A stretch of DNA of 64,000 nt, from contig OZ176052.1 in the NCBI GenBank assembly GCA_964247055.1, forward strand, positions 2,976,001 through 3,040,000, in the 5' to 3' direction. Both the position numbers and the translations under genes were made by a program. The stretch comes from Paragordius varius. Its lineage: Eukaryota; Animalia; Nematomorpha. The notes under the pieces were generated by a model. It searched no databases, was not told the DNA's origin, and was given only the letters and a program-made list of their open reading frames with translations. This document shows, piece after piece, positions 40,337 to 55,108 of the stretch. Numbering within the stretch: the first letter of the stretch is position 1; each line of letters begins with the position of its first letter.

Positions 40337-42134
40337 CTTATAATTTTATTTTTAAATGTTTTTTTTTTCATTTTTTAACATTAGGACCTGGACCATCTCA
40401 CCACTATCTTCCAAATCAACAACAAGCATTTGGTAAATTGCTTTTAAATAAAATTATTAAATTTATAATTGGATGTATAAATCATATTTTAAATGTTAAA
40501 TTTCGGCTAAAATTCAAAGATAATTATAAACTTAAAATGATGTGTGTTTGTTAAAAATTACATACTACATAAATATTAATGTTGTATTAAATGCAGTAGG
40601 TATCATGAAAACTATTCGATTAATTATTAATCTTCCGTGCTAACAAGCATAAAACTAGTCGGTTACTATTGACGAGAGGTTTCTTAATTCACATATTCTT
40701 AGTACTCTGTTGATTTTAGTTTAATATAATAAAAAATCATTTTTATCTACATAATATCCGCCAAATTTAGAAAAAAAACATTGTATATAGATTTTATAAT
40801 TAAATTTTACATTACATGCATGACAATCTAAAGAAATGGCAAATACACAGCGGTTACCAGGCGGCACTGATATAGGATTCTCTATGATGAACCCTGGTCA
40901 AGGGCCCAATAATGTTCAGCAACAACCAAATCATATATCTTTTAATCATCAAAATATGGAGGCCGGAACTATAAATAGCAATGTTCCAAGAAATTTCACA
41001 AATGTTCAATTACAATCAAATATGCAGCAGCCCGCTTCAAATATTATGGGGAGCTCTTCTTATATCAATAATATTAATAATAACAATAATCCAATGAAGT
41101 AATATATTGAATTAATTATATATATATATATTGGAGAAAACGGGTTTTCAGTCCTGTTGTTATATTTACCTTTAATTTTTATATAGTTTTATGTTTATCA
41201 TGTTAAGTATGGATTGGTTAAATAATATTTTATAACAATATTATCAAATTTTATACATAACATAATGGTCCTATTTCACTATTACCCGAGTGGATCTAAA
41301 ATATTACCATTATTTAATTTGCATTTGATTTGCATTTAATTTGATAGAGCTAACATAAGAAAATATACGGTCGAATTTTTTGTGTAAGTTATTTGTCTAT
41401 GCAAATCACAAAACGTTCGTTTTTTTTATTTTTTTTAAATTTCTATGTGTGTATTGATTTTTATGCACATTTTTTTTAAATTATGCCAAAGAAATTATAT
41501 TAATTAATAAGATATTTTTAAATATACAGTAAAAATTGAAAGTATACGGACAAAACTTAATATTTAGACAAATTTTTTTTTCTAAAAGACAACCATATTT
41601 TTTCAAATTCAATTTATTTTAATATTTTGGGTTGCAAAGGGATTAGATATATAAATTCTGTTAATATATTCAATTAAACATTGAAAAATGTGATTAAGTA
41701 GTTTATGTAGGAATCAAGGTTTGAAAAGAAGGCTTGTCCCCTGTAAAACATTTTCTTTTTATTTTTACGTTTTGTGCGTGTATAATTTCAAGTTTGACTG
41801 TATTTGAAAAATATAACACTTTTTCACCGTATTTTGAGGTTATTACGGTGGTTTTTTTATAGATTTTACAAATATTTTATATCACATAAATAGCAACAAT
41901 AATCCAAATATGCAACAACATCAACAAGGTGTTGTGAGATCCGCTTTTGGGGCAGGAACCAATATGCCAAATAGCAATATAAATCCACAAATGACAAATA
42001 GAAATGCTAATGTTAACAATGTTAGGCCTAATCAAATACCGTCAAATATGATGCTTTCACAACAGCAATATAGAGCTCCTATACATCCTTCTTCTCAAAT
42101 GGCAAATCAAACAAATGCTACACAATATAAATGA
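34803..42134 (+). CDS. CDK8: Cyclin-dependent kinase 8 (Mediator kinase), 750 aa; exons 34803..35093, 35460..35639, 36200..36434, 36642..36785, 37049..37191, 37489..37586, 38005..38095, 39183..39453, 39829..40074, 40385..40432, 40834..41098, 41894..42134
   Basis: [43 protein letters not shown], the DMG motif, [17 protein letters not shown] and IPYPKREF; all introns are GT-AG and phase-consistent. The tail exons are inferred from splice sites and composition only. Confidence 0.95.
38111..38696. mobile_element. MITE family R1, copy 2 (CDK8 intron)
   Basis: Perfect TATACCATTTGCACTTCAAGAGTGTCCTTGAAC TIRs; about 1 unit left and 4 units right. Confidence 0.9.
41527..41620. mobile_element. R3 MITE, left-end fragment (CDK8 intron)
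   Basis: TA-CAGTAAAAATTGAAAGTATACGGACAAA...AAAAGACAACCA matches the R3 ends; right boundary approximate. Confidence 0.55.
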
Positions 42135-43835
42135 ATACAAAAATATATATAGAGATTAAAATTGAATGTTTCGATATTATTTATTATATTATATTTTACT
42201 TGAAATTGTACAACTTTTAAAAAATGATAATAATAATTGAAGAAAATGGGAGGATGATTTTTCTTGAAGCTTATTACAAAGTGGACAAAATGAGAAAAAA
42301 TTATATTTATATTTAATAAATTATTTATGTATTAAAAATTTGTAATATAACTAAAAGAAGAATAAAACGGAATAGGTTAAAGAGCAGATTCCTTATAGGT
42401 AAAAGATCTTGGAAAAATATATTAATTTAAGTGTAATACAATATCCAACAAATTATACTTCATCTATATATTTATAAAAATGGAAAATGCTGGCTTTATG
42501 ATCTGGTACCGGAAAACCGGTAGATCCATATCCAAACTTCGAAAAAATATAATCATTAATGAATATCCCGACAATAGCTTCGCCCTATTTTTGAAATAGG
42601 CCCCCAGTTCGGGTCCACCCTGTGTGAAAAACGGTTTTGAAAATAGAAGTCCACAAAAATCGTGTCTTTGAGACAATTTTCTGGAGAACGTGTTGGATCA
42701 TTCAATTTCAAATATGATTTTTGTTTCTTATTTACGATTGCGCCGAACATAGTCGTCTCGCTTTTTTAATTTAGGCCCTCTTTTTACACGCTCCCCCCGT
42801 AAAATGCCATTTTTTTCAAAAAAACAACACATATGTCGATCATTTTATTGTCCCTTTATTCAAATATCCCCCCTGAAGTCCGAAGAACTTCCTCGGGCTG
42901 CGTAGCAGCACGAGATTTACGCTAGTAATGGAATAAAATATAACTTTTCTGAAAAATCACCATTACAGGCACAAAATTTGCGATGTACCGATATTGTCTA
43001 AAGTTGATATTATTCAAATTTCTTTTAAACTATAGTTTTATTGGATATTTATATTACTATAATTATATTAATTTGTGTGTGTGAGACTTTGCATTGTCAT
43101 CAAAATTAAAATTGCTTTTAGCCTTGATTTTAAACGATTTTTGTTTGGAATTTTTATGGTCCAAAGTTTTTTAAGCTTAAATCTATTTTAATCCAGATAT
43201 TTCATTTAAAAATTAGACGATGACATTTGATCAAAAAATCTAAACTTGGCTTTTTGAATTAATAAACCTAATTTCTAGTTTTAATAAAATTTAATCTGTT
43301 TATAACTCCAAACTCTTCCCATGATATTACCTAACGTACTTTGTCCTATATTTTCCTAAAATAATTTTTATCATAATTTAATAAGTATACACAAAAAGGA
43401 GGCGTTTTTATCAAAAAATTAAACAAGTCTTCAAATATAAAATGATATGCTATAATGATAAAAGGTTAATTCTTAATAATATAGGAAAATTTAGGTAAAA
43501 TTGAAATTCCTAACCATTCTAAACTTTATGTTCTTCAAAGTTTATATGTTAAATTTGTAAATTATAACCTAAATATTTTGTTAACGAGTCCTTAATAATA
43601 GAAATTACATTTTTATATGCGGTACTTGAAATCTAACCAAAATATTTTTTTCATTAACCTTATATGAGGAATAACTAAAGTCATTGTTTAAGATTTTCGT
43701 GACAATTTAATGGTAAAAGTCGTACAAAACACTTGTTGTAAAAGAAAAGGGGAATAATAGATTTTTAGATCGAAAAGAATACTAATTGACCCATTAAAAA
43801 CTTTTCATAAATTAAAAATAAATCAAAGTTATAAA

Positions 43836-43874
<39 letters not shown>

Positions 43875-44636
43875 GAATGTAAAGAATTAAAATAAAACAG
43901 ACTAGGTGAATAATTTTATACAGACCAAAATTAACATTGAGGTGTTTATATGTATTATGATATAAAAAGTTGTCAGCTTAGTGACAAAAACAAGATCTGT
44001 CAGAATTCAAATATAAATTTGTGGATTCCATATAAATCATAAATAGGTGAAAAATAATTTATAGTTTAACTCTCAAAATATCATAAAGTATTGAGCTCTA
44101 AAAAATAAGACGCGTGTTAAAGTAAAAAATTCTGAATTTGCTTACTGTCTCTTTAAAAATATAAATCCTAATATATTGAATGATATATATAAAAAAATTT
44201 ATATTTAATGGTAAAATATATATTTTTATTTGAAAGAAACAAAAATCGAGCCAAATCAAATCCTTTATCATAATCCATGATTAAGTTATGCTTCACAGTC
44301 AATGGCTTTGAAGGATATTAGCGAAATTATAATTGTTTTTTTACTATTATTATGTCTATTTAAATTATCATTTTCTATCACGTTTAATTTTTTATAATAG
44401 TTTAAGTTGGTCAATTATGGCAAATGAAACATCATATATTTGACATCGTGGACACAATATATTTTAAAAAAATTTGGTTTTAGGCAATTTTTCCCTTTTC
44501 TCATAATATTTTATCTTTAATTCCAAACGATATGTTTGATTATGTTTTAATAATATAAAAGTAGTTTTATTTCTGCTGTCCTATGCTTTTCAACGAAATA
44601 AAGAACCGACTTAAAATTTATATATATTATTATATA

Positions 44637-44757
44637 CAGTAGCGTATGGCATAAAACAATATTAGTCCATAAAAGAATAAAAAAGTATTTTAAAAAAACA
44701 AAAGGGGGTATTTTTATTCTTTTATGGACTACTATTGTTTTATGTCATACGCTACCG
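44637..44757. mobile_element. MITE family R4, copy 2 (shorter)
   Basis: CAGTAGCGTATGGCATAAAAC...GTTTTATGTCATACGCTACCG flanked by TA. Confidence 0.85.
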
Positions 44758-47700
44758 TATATATCGCATTACCTATGTGTCATTTCAAGGTCATTTTTAG
44801 CGTACGTCTTGTTTACTTTACTTTTTTAGGGCTGAACATGAGTTAGTTATTGCCTTAAAAAATTTGAATTTTCAATCGTAAGGTTATATATTTCCGGTCT
44901 TGGGTTTATTGCGCATTTTATGGGTATGCATATACTTTATCATGAAAATCGATTTAGTATATAATCTACACATATATGTCGATATGTCAATATTTGATTT
45001 AAAAGGCCCAACGAGAACCAACATAGTATAAGTTATATGTAGCCTATTTCCATATTATGATATACATTATCTTGGATATGGCCTTATAGTTTGACAAAAA
45101 ATTTTGTTTAAATTATATAAAAAGTTATTTTCGGAAATGTCGGATCAAAATATTTTAAATATACTTAAATTATTAGCGCAAGATGTATTTAAAGCTTTAT
45201 AATTTCATAAGAAGCAATCCAATTTATGATATTTTATAATTAATTATGTAAGGTAATAAAATATCAAATTTTTAACTAATAAAAAACTATTTTATTTAAA
45301 TTATTCGATAAAAAGTTACCCGCTATTAGTAAATATTTTGATGCGGAGTGTCAATTTTTTTCCACGTTTATAACTAAAATAATAATAAGCAAATGTACGA
45401 TTACCTTAAAATTAAATAAGCAAGGATGTGTAAAATTGAAAAAAAACCCAATCAACCCCAAATTTTTTCTATGCGTGCGAATTTATTTAAATTTTATATC
45501 TTTAACTTCTTATATATAATTCATAATTTTTAATTTAATAATAAAATGGTTGATTGGTATTATGTTTGACTTTAAGGTAAACCCTTTCTTTATTGACAAT
45601 GTATATTTCTGTTTCACAGTGTGTCACCCCCATGTACAAAAATGGGCAATTTTTACGCGTATAAAAACACATCATTTTTTTATCGCTGTACTATGTGGGT
45701 TTATTTTATTATTTGAGAAAAATTTTTATTATCAACATATCTATATTCGAATAGTTGGCATTTAACACAGGTAATATTTTTACGGTAAAATTAGTTAGTA
45801 GCTATAAATTGGTATTTTTTTTGAAAACTATAAAGATTTACTTTTAATAATATTTGAATGGAATATATCCCAGTCAGTTTTGAGAATTTTTATGGAAAAA
45901 ATGGTAAATTATAATAATTTAATGGCATTGGTTCGCTATATAGTTGTTTTAATTTATTAATCAAATATTTTATTTAATAAAAACCAGTATATACAATATC
46001 AATATATAAAGTGTTATAAGACAATATTTACAAAACCATTTGATTCTTGTTTTTCTTCTAAATTCTATATAAAATTCAACTTTAAATAAAAAATTTTATT
46101 TTAAAAAATATTATTTAAAAAATATTTTATATTTCAACAAAATAAAGTTTATTCATAACCATCATCGTTTATCTATTTATCAAATTGGAAAATAAATGAT
46201 TGACGTGTAATCGAAAGTCACTCATTTTTATTAAAAACGACCCTACCTTTTTTAGTTATATAACATTACTAAAATTAAAGGTTGGTTTATAGTAATTTAC
46301 GTATACTGAATACGATGAAAAATCAATATTTTATGGTTTTTTAGTTAATTAAGTTTAACTTTAAAATTATACCTACACAAGACCAACTATGCAATTTATA
46401 AGATAACATCTATCATAATTTATATGATTTTTTACAAAAACAAATATAATAAATAAAATTACGAAATTAATCAGCAAATTTAAAATAAAAAACTCAATAT
46501 TACCGAAAAATAAGGTTATATTTCTGGTAATAAAAACGTAACTTTCGAAAAATGGTATATGGTTGATAAAGGTATTCTATTTTTACTTAAAATATGCATT
46601 ATGAACAAACAACTTTCTTATAGATCAAAGTATGTGGAGTTTACCTTCGAAATTTGATCCATATTGTAATTTATACTTGTAAACGCTCAATACCATATAT
46701 TATTACATAGTTATTAAAGATAAATATTGTAGCATGATTAAAATTTAACATGTTCTATAAACGAATTTTTGGAAAAAATATTTAGGGGAAGCGTTGTTTA
46801 AAATAAATTTGCTGCAGTGGCCTTAAAATATATTATTAAACTTAACAAAGGTTTAATAATCATATTTTGCTAAAAATTATCCTAGTAATATAAGTTTTGG
46901 AGTATATTTTTTTTTTTATTTTAACCATATATTTATACAAAAATTATCATATATAAAAATAATATAGACCCATATACTATTGTATATTAAAAACCCAATA
47001 ATATAAACCAAATTATCTATATATATATAAATATAAATATATACGCGTGATTTGTTTTGGATAAAAAGGTACGTCAATCATGTTACCTGCTTAAAATATT
47101 TCTTTATACTATCTATATCTTTATTTGATATAACTTAACTCATCCACTTTATTATATAAATATAATAGAGAAAAAAAGAAACATAGATAAAGTTATATTT
47201 TTTTTATAATTATTTTATTCCAACATCACAAAAATTTAAAATTTATTGGAAATATCTTAGCTAGAATTTTACTTATCCGTGAAAAAAGGTAAACTATAAT
47301 TATTTAAATAATATATAGTATTTACAAAATTCTTATGTGTTTATGATTTCGATTCCTATTGCATAAATTGGTTATTTAAATATTTATTTAATATTTTTAT
47401 TTTTAATAATAATAATAAAAATAAATATATAAATACTAGAGTCATTTAACCACAACCAACTATTCCATTAACTTTTTATTATAATTATAATATTTGAACA
47501 GGAAGCATATGGTTTTGTCTACTTTATCCAAATATTTGTTATAAATTTACATTTTATATTTGATTTATTGATATAAAAAATTATTTATAACATATTTTTA
47601 TTAAATTATTCATTCATTTTGAAACTTTTATATTACAAAACTTTTTAAAAATTTTTGAATAACAGCACAGTACCCCCTTACCCTCATTCGGAGAAAATAT

Positions 47701-48008
47701 TAAAATTGTATAAAACTCTAAGAAACGGATTAGTCTATGACAAATGGGCTAATTAGTTTAAGTAGTCATCATGAGGGGACAGGGGAAACTGTATATATAG
47801 TATGAATTTCTCTATAATATTTTTTTGAATTTAGGGTGCTCCAATCAAAACAATCAATACTAAATTCCTCAAGACAATCAAAATCTAGCTACCTTCACCT
47901 GTATTCATCACTACCTATTTTATCACTTAAATTAAAACTATTAATGATAACGAAAACTAATTGCGAATTCTTATATAAAATTTCGAATTTCTCGGTCTAA
48001 ATTTATAA

Positions 48009-51000
48009 ATGATGCAAGAACACCATCCTTTTCAAGGAAACTCACCATTTTATCCACATTTTATGCCTCCGCAATACTCCTCAACACTGGAAAATAATGC
48101 CCTTTCTGGTGTTTTCCCTAATAATAATGATGTCAATGAGTTACAACAAACCGAACTTTCGACAGCCCAAAATTTACAAAACCATGCTATTCTGAATATG
48201 AGTCTCATGACTAAAGAAACGGGTAATCATACCAACACGTACGCAGAAGATAATGTTGATGACGAAAACTCAAATCATTTGTTTGACAGGCGGCCCCCCG
48301 ATTTTACGGGGGAAAATGAAAACGTATATCCTTATACGACTCCGGGCGTTATTCAATCCTCCATCAATCATACAGGAGTTAGGCCGGCGGAAAAATATAA
48401 TTACGACGGTGAAGGTAATAATGAAAAATCGTATTTTGAGGTCCAACCCTTCCCCCAAACACCCTTTAATTCGTTACCCAATTATGGAGGGAATGATAAG
48501 TCGGATGAAATTGAATCACTTCAATATCCCAGTAATATTCTTTTGGATGCAAAGCGTTTATTCGAACATCAACAATCACAACAAATGAGTTTTAATCATG
48601 CCTATGATAACAATAATATTACAACCGCTTCCCAAATGTTAAACGGGTTAAATGGAAGCAATAATGGATCTTCCTTTATGTTATATCCACCACCACCCAC
48701 TCAATATCAGCATTCCGGTTTAGTGGATGAGACATCGGAAAACTTTGCCTTGTACAACAATGTTAATTCACTCAATAGCTTGAATCAATTACTTATGATG
48801 GAACAGCAACACCACCAGCAACAACAATACCAAAATTCCTTGATTAGGTCTGAAGACATCCATTATCCGGTTCGTCCCTCAAATGTGTCCGTACTTAAAA
48901 ACATTACATCTTTACCTCATGATCACTTAAATTCGTTGAGTGATAGTGTAGGAAATGGCCTTGATAACTTGCACACAAATTATAGTCAACCCAACAACAA
49001 TGGTATACAAATAGAATCAAACAGTGACAAAAACAGTCCTCCCCACCGTGAAAACAGAGAAAACCTTGTCTCATCAACCATCAAGTATGGAGCCTCAACT
49101 GACAATGGTATAAACGCAGAATCTCACACTTCAATCTATCAATGCACACAACAAAATAGTTTAAACGGTCGTCAGTTTTTGTATGATAAAAATGGTCACG
49201 ATTGGAATCAAATAGGTCATGAGAATGGACATGATTACCGCAGTCTTGCAAACGTTGATGGCTATTCCCATAATATTGGGGGAGGAACTCAAAACCCCTC
49301 AGGACAAAAAGATTACGCTTACGAAAATGACGAATACGACATCGGACTTGGAAATTTGAGTAAAAAAACTGTAAATAATAGTCCTGGAGAGGGGACTGAA
49401 GGATTCAATGACCACGATGACATGGATGAGAATGAGGATGAAGAAATTGGACGCTCACCTTCGACCGATTCATCATCCCCCCTTGATCAAATGGTAAAAG
49501 ACAGTAAAAGTTCCTACAAACGAGCTTACACTCATGCAAAACCACCGTACAGTTACATATCACTCATAACTATGGCCATACAAAATTGTCCGGCTAAAAT
49601 GATGACACTCAATGAAATATATCAATTTATTATGGATCTTTTCCCGTTTTATCGGCAAAATCAGCAACGTTGGCAAAATTCGATCCGGCACAGTTTATCC
49701 TTCAATGATTGCTTTGTTAAAGTGCCTCGAACACCCGATCGCCCAGGGAAAGGGAGTTATTGGGCATTACATCCAGATTCTGGTAACATGTTTGAAAATG
49801 GGTGTTACCTTAGGCGTCAAAAACGATTCAAGTGTGACCGACGAGAACATTTTAGACGTTCCATGCGCTATTCCCCGGTTGAATTTGCTGACAGCTGTAT
49901 GAATACCCCTAATCACTCATCACAAGCCCAAGGTGGTGGAAGTAACACATATGGTGGTAATAATAACTCCTTGGGTCCTAGAAATGCGTATCAACAGGGA
50001 GTCAACAACACTTTTGGAGATGAAAATCAAAGCCAATCCGATGATAGCATGATTTATTCCAACGAAGAGTTATCTGGTCAAAAGACACAACAAAATAATC
50101 CGGTTCATGATAACATTCCTAACGCAACTGAAAAAAGAATTAACAATGATGATAAGAGAAATGAATTATTTGGCGATATTCATTCGGAGGAGCGCATTAA
50201 TTTCAATAATATTAACAGTAATCCTTATCAAATGTCCTCAAATCCTTACCTGGTAACATCCGAATTCGGTATGTATTATCCACCAGTCATTACAAATTAT
50301 GACCCACTGAGTTTAATCAATACGAATCAGCTATTATTCCCAAACATAGATGGCACCAAATTAGTTCAACAACAACAGGATGAAACGCTTAAAAACGAAG
50401 GACTTCATCCAATAGGTTTTAACTACCCAAATGATGCAGTTATAAGTAGCACGACACAATCTACTGAGAGAATAACGAAACAATACAATAGTAATGAACA
50501 GCTGGTCACAACATCCAATTACTCAAATGAATCAAATATACCAAAGTTACCTGGTGATCATACATTACATGTACCAACTACATGTAATACGACACAAAAA
50601 AGTTTGCATTTATCCGATCCAAATGGTATCTATGATTCGTCTCAAATCAGGCCAAAGAATAATTTCCAGAATCATGGGGATGGCTTAACTCCTATTCAAA
50701 GTGCCCGTTATCATATGATAGGACAATCCTTACCATCCATAGCAAATATGTCTAATCAACTACTTGAAGCTGAGAACAATGCCGATGCTCTATACAACAA
50801 TACTCACGAAAAAAATAAATTGATAAATTTTGCCACTGAAAGAAGTTTGAGTCAGAACAATAGTAATAATCAATTAATGTTTAACAACACTTCCTCAGAT
50901 GGGAACTTCGTGAATTCTATATCTAATCCCACTAAAATTGTATCACAAGACAACGAAGTTAGCATAGGTAAACTATCACTCCCTAAAGATCACATAAACA

Positions 51001-51449
51001 GCTATAGTTCTTTTACCAGTTTTTCTAACCTACCAAATGGCAATAATATATGGACATCATCGAATGAACATAAACCATTAAATTCGGTTTCAGCTGTATC
51101 TATTACACATGATAGTACCCGGGGATCTTATATAGATCTCAGTAATAAAAATAACAGCTCATTACGTGCTAACCCATCACAATCCCATATTCATTCGTTA
51201 AATTACAATAATGGTCACATAGAAAATGGGAATGATTTAGAATTGCTTAATAACATTAATAATAATAATAATCAAACCAAAACTACAAGTCAAATAATAT
51301 CAACGACAAACAACTCTATACAAAACACAATGTCCTTGGAGGATAGCAGCATCAAAACAAACATTTATACCGATAAAAATAATATGAATAAAAACGTCAA
51401 TGGTGTCATACGAGCTCTACCTAATAATAAAATAAAAAATATTGGTTAA
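48009..51449 (+). CDS. FoxA: Forkhead box A (fork head/HNF3) transcription factor, 1146 aa, single ORF
   Basis: Forkhead domain at aa ~503-609 (49515..49835): [19 protein letters not shown]...[20 protein letters not shown]...[30 protein letters not shown], which is diagnostic of the FoxA class. Confidence 0.93.
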   Translation: MMQEHHPFQGNSPFYPHFMPPQYSSTLENNALSGVFPNNNDVNELQQTELSTAQNLQNHAILNMSLMTKETGNHTNTYAEDNVDDENSNHLFDRRPPDFTGENENVYPYTTPGVIQSSINHTGVRPAEKYNYDGEGNNEKSYFEVQPFPQTPFNSLPNYGGNDKSDEIESLQYPSNILLDAKRLFEHQQSQQMSFNHAYDNNNITTASQMLNGLNGSNNGSSFMLYPPPPTQYQHSGLVDETSENFALYNNVNSLNSLNQLLMMEQQHHQQQQYQNSLIRSEDIHYPVRPSNVSVLKNITSLPHDHLNSLSDSVGNGLDNLHTNYSQPNNNGIQIESNSDKNSPPHRENRENLVSSTIKYGASTDNGINAESHTSIYQCTQQNSLNGRQFLYDKNGHDWNQIGHENGHDYRSLANVDGYSHNIGGGTQNPSGQKDYAYENDEYDIGLGNLSKKTVNNSPGEGTEGFNDHDDMDENEDEEIGRSPSTDSSSPLDQMVKDSKSSYKRAYTHAKPPYSYISLITMAIQNCPAKMMTLNEIYQFIMDLFPFYRQNQQRWQNSIRHSLSFNDCFVKVPRTPDRPGKGSYWALHPDSGNMFENGCYLRRQKRFKCDRREHFRRSMRYSPVEFADSCMNTPNHSSQAQGGGSNTYGGNNNSLGPRNAYQQGVNNTFGDENQSQSDDSMIYSNEELSGQKTQQNNPVHDNIPNATEKRINNDDKRNELFGDIHSEERINFNNINSNPYQMSSNPYLVTSEFGMYYPPVITNYDPLSLINTNQLLFPNIDGTKLVQQQQDETLKNEGLHPIGFNYPNDAVISSTTQSTERITKQYNSNEQLVTTSNYSNESNIPKLPGDHTLHVPTTCNTTQKSLHLSDPNGIYDSSQIRPKNNFQNHGDGLTPIQSARYHMIGQSLPSIANMSNQLLEAENNADALYNNTHEKNKLINFATERSLSQNNSNNQLMFNNTSSDGNFVNSISNPTKIVSQDNEVSIGKLSLPKDHINSYSSFTSFSNLPNGNNIWTSSNEHKPLNSVSAVSITHDSTRGSYIDLSNKNNSSLRANPSQSHIHSLNYNNGHIENGNDLELLNNINNNNNQTKTTSQIISTTNNSIQNTMSLEDSSIKTNIYTDKNNMNKNVNGVIRALPNNKIKNIG

Positions 51450-54400
51450 CCTTGGATTTAATATACTTTAGTTTTGGCAAATTTTTTGCATCCCTACAAA
51501 ATTAGTCAATTACTTATGTATGAATGATATTAGAAAAAAACATGTGATATAGTGTGACCCAAAAATGGCGATATTGTGCCAATTTTTATTGTATTAAGAG
51601 TTAAAATTTTGATTTTAATTAAAGAGAAAATAATATAAAAACTTAATATAAACAAATATTTTTATGTTAAACTGCCAAATTTGAATAAATTTGATTGGTT
51701 GCAAGACTTACATCATTTAGCACAATTATGTAACTCAGGTATAACAAAACTATGTACTATATCAAAATTATTATATATGTTGATTTTAATACGAATATAA
51801 TGGATATTCAAACTTCTTTTAGAAAATTTAATACAAGTGCATTCACTATCAATACATATATAATACAAATTATAATCAATATCAATATTTAGATAATTAT
51901 AAAACAATTATGTAAAACTGTTATAATTGATATATGAAAATTTAAAATATATTTTAGTGTAATCTTTAATTTTTATCTCTACCCAACCAAAAATGTCTTG
52001 CATATACAATCGATACCAAATATCATTTTAAATTTTTCACAAATCATTCATTCTTTGCATGATCTTACTAAATCTAAATTATATATATATCTATGAAAAA
52101 ATGTATTATCAAACCCAAAGAATAAATTTTTAATATATTTTTTCATCTTATTTATATGATGATTCAAAAAAGTGCAATCGATTAAATTAGAAAGAAATGC
52201 TGAAATATTTTAAATTAATTTTCTTAAACAATGTTGTATTTTAAAAAACTTTAGAAATGTGCTTCTAAGGAACTCAGTTTTTTACCGACAAAGGCTTCAA
52301 AAAATTAACGGTTCCAGTAATTAAAACAAAATCAACTTCAAAATTACTTTCTTAGATTATAAAGGAATCGGCATTTACCTTTTCTCCTGCTAAAACAAAT
52401 AAAGAAAATCCAAAAATAGATTTAAAAAATATGTAAGTTTACATATTTTTGGATACAATAAAAAATTAAAGGTGAATTCTGGAACAGTGATTCATAAAAA
52501 ATAACTTTTATTAAAATAGCAATAAAATTTTGAGACTCTAATCAGTTTAATACCTTATTATTAAATTTTGTTAATATTTTTATATAAAAATTTATAAAAA
52601 CGTTAATTAATAGATGTGTGTTTGTATTTGCGAATGCATTTTTTTGCTTATCAAGTGCAAAATTTGTAAACTTATGCAAAATTTAACATTATATTATTAT
52701 TATTTATATATATATAAATAATTTTGTAATAAAATGCAAAATATAGAAACCAGATGTGTCAATATTTGATTAAGGGTTTTTCTGCACATTTAGTTTGGTT
52801 GCGTTAAAATCCAACTTACCTTGCTAAATTTTACCTTTATATATATATATATATATAAATATATATATAATAATATACATTTTGATTAAAAATATAATAA
52901 TTAAAAAAAAGCCTATATATAGGCTTTTTTCTTAAAGGCGAGAGTTCATTTTTGAAAATTTTGCAATAATTATTTTTTGACTCATCAAATTAGTTTCGTG
53001 TAAAATTTTCATAAAGGGTTGCTCTTGTAAAAGGAAAAAATTATACCAGCACGGCAAATATTTGTTTTTGGATTATATATATATGTATTCTAAGCATTTT
53101 GTCTACTTAATTAGAATAATTACAAACTATAATTGTTTTAAGAACTTTGGGGGAAGTGAGAAAAAGAGTCTTTCCATTTAAATATCTTTTATTTACATAA
53201 GATAATACATATAATCTTTTGAAATAAAATATTTTTACAACTTAAAACTTAATAATAAAAATTATTAAAATTGTTCTGGTATGTTAAACACAATGACCAA
53301 TATATTTCTTTGGTTAGGCGACACCCTGTCTGCCACAAATTAAGTCACAATTGTCATTTCAAACAATTATCTTTTTTATGTTTACTTTTTATAGATTAAT
53401 CTTTTATACATCACAAATTTTACCTTAAAGTATAAAACAATGGATTCTAGAAATTTTACCAACTAACTTTAGATTATATTTACTTTAAATGGTGTTGAAT
53501 TTAGTATTGATAATATATAGTACCATATTGAATCAATTTACATAATTAAATTTGGTAAAGGATATTAAATTATTTCAATTTAAAGATATAAAACAAACAC
53601 AGAATTAAAAGGCATCATCATCTTCTAATCATTAATATATATTAATTATAATATATTTCACAAAATTCAAGAGGTTTGTATAACATTTTAGGAAGGTACT
53701 TGAGTTAATTTGCACTTATAATGAATCATATCATATCACATATACCTTTTTGAAATATTAATTTTTTTCTTTTGTAAAAGGAAATATATAGATAAAACAA
53801 AAAAAGGGGCAATAAAATTGATTTTTTTTTTCATTATAATGAAGACAAATAATTGTTGCTAGACATATAGGCGACTAGAGTGCCTGTGTCGGTTAGTTCC
53901 GAATATGCCGAATACTCCATATTTTAAAAAGACATTTTAGCGAAAAAAATTCATAAGATGTTTTGAAGTGGATTATTTTTTTCATTATATAGTCGATTCA
54001 ATAAATTGACTATTTTTTGAAAGTAACGGAAAAGGAAAGTTATTTTAAAATTGTTAATGTAGGCTGTTTGGTATCGCATTGTGCCTAATCAAAATAAAGA
54101 GTGTGTCAAATTTATGGATACCCTTTGTACGTATTTTTTTAGATAAAGATGGGGTCAAACGCCATATGAGAGTTATAAATTCAAAAAGCTTAGGTGCAAA
54201 AAACAGACGACTATCTATTTTTTTGTTTTAAATAATATAATAAATATCAAACATAATTAAAATTATTAAACAAGAGTGTTTCAGCGGTTAAGCTTATATA
54301 AAATGCTAACATCGAAAAAAACTAGACAACATAAATATTTAATTAATAAGTTTTTTTCTGAAATCGTTAAAATATGGGTGCTAGCAAGCCTAGAAGAATC

Positions 54401-54846
54401 ATACAAATTTATTAATCTCATTAAAATTATGATTATTGGTGATCTAATAATGTAAACAATAAAATACATACTGAAAATCGCATTAGCCAAAAATGGAAAA
54501 ACAACCTGTGTTTTCAATTTTCTCTGTAATTCAAGATGAACTGCATAAGGCCTAAAATGTCTGTCAAAACTATTTGTAGTCTTTTTTAATAACTTTATCC
54601 ATTACATTTTAACATATTAAATTATAAAATATGGGTGATTTATTTTTAAAATGTGTCTTATATATTTTATATAATTCTTTTAGCCTTATTGGTTATAATA
54701 AAGTAACAATTATGATAGTTAATTCTTTGTCGTCGGTTTGCATTTATTTCTCTTATGCGGCTTTTATTCCCCATTTTTCGAAACTAGATTAGAAAAAAAT
54801 AGATATTAAAAGTTTAATTTGTAGTGATGGAATTAAGCAAATAAAA

Positions 54847-55108
54847 CAGAGGCGTAGCTTGCATTTCTGCGCGGCGGTGCATGAATCCGTAACCCCCTCC
54901 CCTCCATGCGACACCTTGCATTCTAATATAATCAAATTCAAACCGTTGTCATGACAACTCATAAATAAGTGATTTTTTATGTGTTATTTAAAGTAAATTT
55001 TAAATACCTATTTTTTATATTAAAATTAAAAATTTTCAAAATTGGCGCCCCTTCAACTTTAGAGCCCGATGTATCAGCCCTCCTTTACACCCTCTAGCTC
55101 CGCCCATG
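54847..55108. mobile_element. hAT-like non-autonomous relic
   Basis: CAGAGGCGTAGC...GCTCCGCCCATG imperfect TIR (9/12) around a GC-richer interior; no TSD. Confidence 0.45.

Noticed and set aside
42464-42950. GC-richer block with two minus-strand ORFs
   Set aside because: No recognisable motif; probably an unclassified transposon fragment with no ends or second copy to support a call
52356-52432. Open plus-strand segment ending in a strong GTAAGT donor
   Set aside because: Could not be linked in phase to any neighbouring exon, and it has no recognisable motif
52905-52930. 26-bp perfect palindrome AAAAAAGCCTATATATAGGCTTTTTT
   Set aside because: Mostly A/T runs around a TA tract and single copy; plausible by chance or as a transposon footprint
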